Shown piece by piece: positions 60,420 through 64,000 of a DNA stretch of 64,000 nt. The stretch spans positions 8,570,004 to 8,634,003 of the forward strand of contig NC_083402.1 in NCBI RefSeq assembly GCF_020745735.1, written 5' to 3'. The DNA is from Hemiscyllium ocellatum (taxonomy: Eukaryota). Position numbers and translations under genes: made by a program. A model generated the notes under the pieces. It saw nothing but the letters and a program-made list of their open reading frames with translations. It did no database searches and was not told the origin of the DNA. Each line of letters opens with the position of its first letter. The first letter of the stretch is position 1.

Positions 60420-63400
60420 GACATCGTGGACTTCAGGTGAAATTGAAGCTTTGAGATTTCAAGAATCCCCCCTCCCCAGGATACCTCTGACAAATGCCCA
60501 AACCACTGAGAACAGTATGGGTGAACCTGAAGAGATAGCTGTGTGCTCGGTTTTACATAGTAGACATGGTTCACTCCTGCTACATTTGAATGTGGCTTTC
60601 AACCTGAGGGTTTTTCACTGAATGAACCACTCAGCATCCTTGGGCAAAGCAAGCTGCAGTGGCCTCTGCCTCCTAATCAACACCTCCTGGTGCACAGGCG
60701 TGGCGGCCCTTGTGAATTACTGTCCCCCAGACCTAGAATATCTTACAGCAAAGTGTCATCCCTACTGCCTCCGCTGTCCTAACAGTAGTCTACATCCCAC
60801 GCCATGGAGAAGTGGAGAGTGCACTTCACAAAGTATACAAAGCTACAAACACTCTTTATGACAGAATACCCCGTGGCCTTGTTCATCATAGCCAGTGATT
60901 CAACCTTAAGAATGTGCTACCAAGATACCATCAACATATCTACTCCCCCACCAGAGTTTGAATGTCTTTAATCGTTGCTACACAACCAAAGGTGCCTACT
61001 ACTCTGTTCCCCATTTGCATTTTGGAAAATCGGATCACAAGATGCTCTTCCTCTCAGCTTACAAGCAGCAATGGAAGTGTGAGGACCCAGTACAGAAAGC
61101 AGTACAGTGCTGCTCTGGGGCAATGGAAGAGCTTCTACGGGACTGCTTAGAGTTGGTGGAGAGATCCATATTCAAGAGATCAGTGGCTACCCTAAACAGG
61201 AATGTCCCTGCCATTACAGACTTCATCAGTAAGCATATAGAAGGCATTAGAAATAAAGAAATTACTCCAAATGTTCCACAGCCGGAAACCATGGCTGAAC
61301 CAAGAGGTCCACTCACTACTGAAGGCCAGGAATGAGGCATACAAGTCGGACAACCCTGACCTATACAGGAAATCCTTCGTAAGATCATCAGAGATGCCAA
61401 GAGACAATGCCAAACTAAGATTGAGGGACCCAGAACAATCACAAGGTCTCCTAAAGTTTGTGGCAAGGCTTACACAATATAATAAATAGGCTACAAGGTG
61501 AGGTCAAACAGGATCACAGACAACAGTGCACCCCTTCCCAACAAGCTCATTGCATTCCACATTCTTTGAACAGAAGGTCAGTGAAACGATGCCAGCCACC
61601 CCAACAGCCTTGGATGCACCTGTGCCTACCGTCACCTCCGCAGACATTACATCAGAATTCTTGTGAGCAAACCCATGGAAAGCAACTGGCCTGGCTGTGC
61701 ACTCAGATCCTAGGCAGATCAGCTGGTGGGAGTATTTGCAGAGAGCTTTAACTTCTCCTTACTCCAATTTGAGGTCTGCACCTGCTACAAGAAGATCACC
61801 ATGATCCCAGTACCATAGAAAATCATGTAGCGTGCCTCAAGGACTACCACCCAGTGGCTCTGACCTCGATAGCTATGAATTACTTCAAGAGGTTAGTCAT
61901 GACTCACATCAACTCCAGCCGACCAAATTGCCTTGATCCTTTGCAATTCACCTACCAAAGCAACAGGTCCACAGCCAATGCTATCTCCCTGGCCCTACAC
62001 TCATCCCTGGAACATCTGGATAGCTTGTACATCTAGGTCAGGCTCCTACTTATGGACTACAGGTCCACCTTCAACACCAAACAAACCCATCTCTAAACTC
62101 CAAGAGTTGGGTCTCAGCACCCTCTTCTATAACTGAATTCTCGAATTCCTAACCCATAGACCACAATCAGTAAGAATAGGCAACAACACAATGGGACACA
62201 GTAGCGCAGTGGTTAGCACTGCTGCCTCACGGTGTTAGGGATCTGGGTTCAATTCCAGCCTCAGGTGACTGCATGGAGTTTGCACCTTCTCTCTGCGTCT
62301 AATTGGGTTTCCTCCCACAGACCAAACGATGTGCAGGTTGGGTGAATTGGCCATGCTAAATTCCCCATAGTGTTAGGTGTATTAGTCAGAGGGAAAAGAG
62401 ACTGGGTGGGTTACTCTTCAGAGGGTCGATGTGGATTTTTTGGCCCAAAGGGCCTGTTTCCACACTGTGGGGAATCTAATCTGAAAAAAAACGTCCTCCA
62501 TCACAATGCTCAACACCGGTGCCCTGCAAGGCTACATACTCAGCCCCCTCCCATACTCCTTATAAACTCACGGGTATGTGGCCAATTCCACCCCAATCCA
62601 TTTACAAGTTTGCTGATGACTCCATTGTTGTAGGTTGGATCTTAAACAATGATGAGACAGAAAGAGATTGAATGCTTTACAGCATGTTGTAGAGACAGCA
62701 GTTCTCTCCATCAATGTCAACAAAATGAAAGAGATGGTCATGGTCATTACTTCAGGAGCAGAGTGAAGGGCACACCCCTGTCTGCATTAATGGTGTTGAG
62801 GTAGAGATGGCTGAGTATCCGCTTCCCGACAGTGATGATAACCAATAAACTGTCCTGGTTCAGCCATGTCAACACGATGGTCAAGAAGGGATGACAACAG
62901 CTCTACTTCCTCAGAAAGCTAAGGAAGTTTGGCATGTCCACAAGGACTCGCACCAATTTGTAGAGATGCACCTTAGAAAGCATCCCTATTTGGATGTATC
63001 ATGGCATGACATGGCAACCGCTCTTCCCAAGACCGCAAGAAACTACAGAGAGTCATTAACATAGTCCAATCCATCATGCAAACCAGCCTTCCATCCATTC
63101 ACTCTGTCTATACTTCCTGCTGTCTTAGGAAAACAACCGACGCAATCAAAGACCCCTTCCATTCTAGTTAGACTGTCTTCCACCCTCTTCCATCAGGCAG
63201 AAGATTTGAAATTTGAGTACACATACAATCAGATTCAAGAATAGCTCCTTCCCCACTGTTATCAGACTTTTGAACAGAGCTCTCAAATGTTAATTCTAAT
63301 CTCTCTCTCTCTACCGTCACTGCAGCTGTAACACTCTTGAATGCATTCTGCTTTGCTCTGCTTCCCTGTTGTACTTTGGATGGTTACAATCTGCCTGTAT

Positions 63401-63455
63401 AGCATGCAAAACAATACTTTTCACTGTATCTTAATATATGTGACAACAATAAATC
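60420..63455 (+). mobile_element. Rex1/Babar LINE, near full-length, decayed
   Basis: [72 protein letters not shown]; tail cttttcactgtatc..gtgacaacaataaatc. Confidence 0.85.
62192..62483 (+). mobile_element. HE1-type SINE nested in Rex1
   Basis: AGTGGTTAGC and GGGTTCAATTCC boxes, partly deleted V-domain, aatctaatct tail. Confidence 0.88.
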
Positions 63456-63789
63456 AACCATGACACCACTCAGCCTTCAAGGAAATCAACCCCAACCTCT
63501 ACCTTCATTCCTTTACTAAAGTATGTGTGTCTCTATTGTACTTACATTTTCTGTAGCTGTTTAATTTGTATTTGTCTCGTAAAAACAGCACTTCACATCA
63601 GTCAGTAAATCTGAATGGTCAGCCTGACAGCAGAATTCAGTTTTGATGAAGCAGATTTTCATGTCCATCCACAGTAACAAGAAACTTAATTAGCTCAGCA
63701 AGTTAGCGTCTCTCTGCAATGGCTGTGCCCGAAGCATGATTTTCTCCCCTCGCAGCCTGACAGCTCTCATCACTTTAGGTCACAGTATA

Positions 63790-64000
63790 AGGATACGGGG
63801 TAGATAATTTATAACTGGGCTGAGAAGAAATGTCTTCACCCAGAGAGTGGGGAGCCTATGGAATTCTCTGCCACAGGAAATGGTTGTGGCCAAAACACTG
63901 AATGTTTTCAAGAAGCAGATAGATATAGTTCTTTGAGCTAAAGGTTAAGGGGAGAAAGTACTGATTTGGAGGATCAGCCATGATCATATTGAATAATAAA
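63790..64000 (+). mobile_element. CR1 3' fragment running off the window edge
   Basis: gaaatgtcttcacccagagagtgg..tggaattctctgccacag..ggatcagccatgatcatattgaat. Confidence 0.75.

Noticed and set aside
164-63000. Most short ORFs in the supplied track
   Set aside because: They are antisense or off-frame readings of CR1, L2, Rex1, PLE or SINE sequence, or chance ORFs in intronic DNA.
57940-64000. Leader (signal peptide) exon candidates at the donors near 58447, 58609, 59830 and 63545
   Set aside because: None gives an ATG plus hydrophobic stretch ending in phase 1; the leader is unrecognised or lies outside the window.

Overview
Vertebrate genomic DNA, most likely a shark (inferred from HE1-type V-SINEs, shark-type CR1/L2 LINEs and Penelope-like elements). 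Most of the window is retrotransposon-derived. It holds many CR1 LINE fragments, L2 and Rex1/Babar LINEs, tRNA-SINEs, and several Penelope-like elements (PLEs) whose terminal repeats carry minimal hammerhead ribozymes. It also holds one decayed ~11-kb LTR retrotransposon with the Gmr1-type domain order gag-PR-IN-RT-RH, carrying seven nested insertions. The one host gene I can support lies on the minus strand across ~23.9-57.9 kb. By manual splice and phase analysis it encodes a Siglec-15-like V domain (sialic-acid Arg retained), a second V domain (Arg lost) and an uncharged TM. Its cytoplasmic tail is built from seven small exons that splice in frame and carry three tyrosine motifs (SPYAEI, LTYASI, VTYATV), so it is a candidate V-V-TM-ITIM inhibitory immune receptor. 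The leader exon was not found. All family assignments come from motif recognition by eye with no database searches; repeat boundaries are approximate (about +/-20 bp unless TSDs are given).
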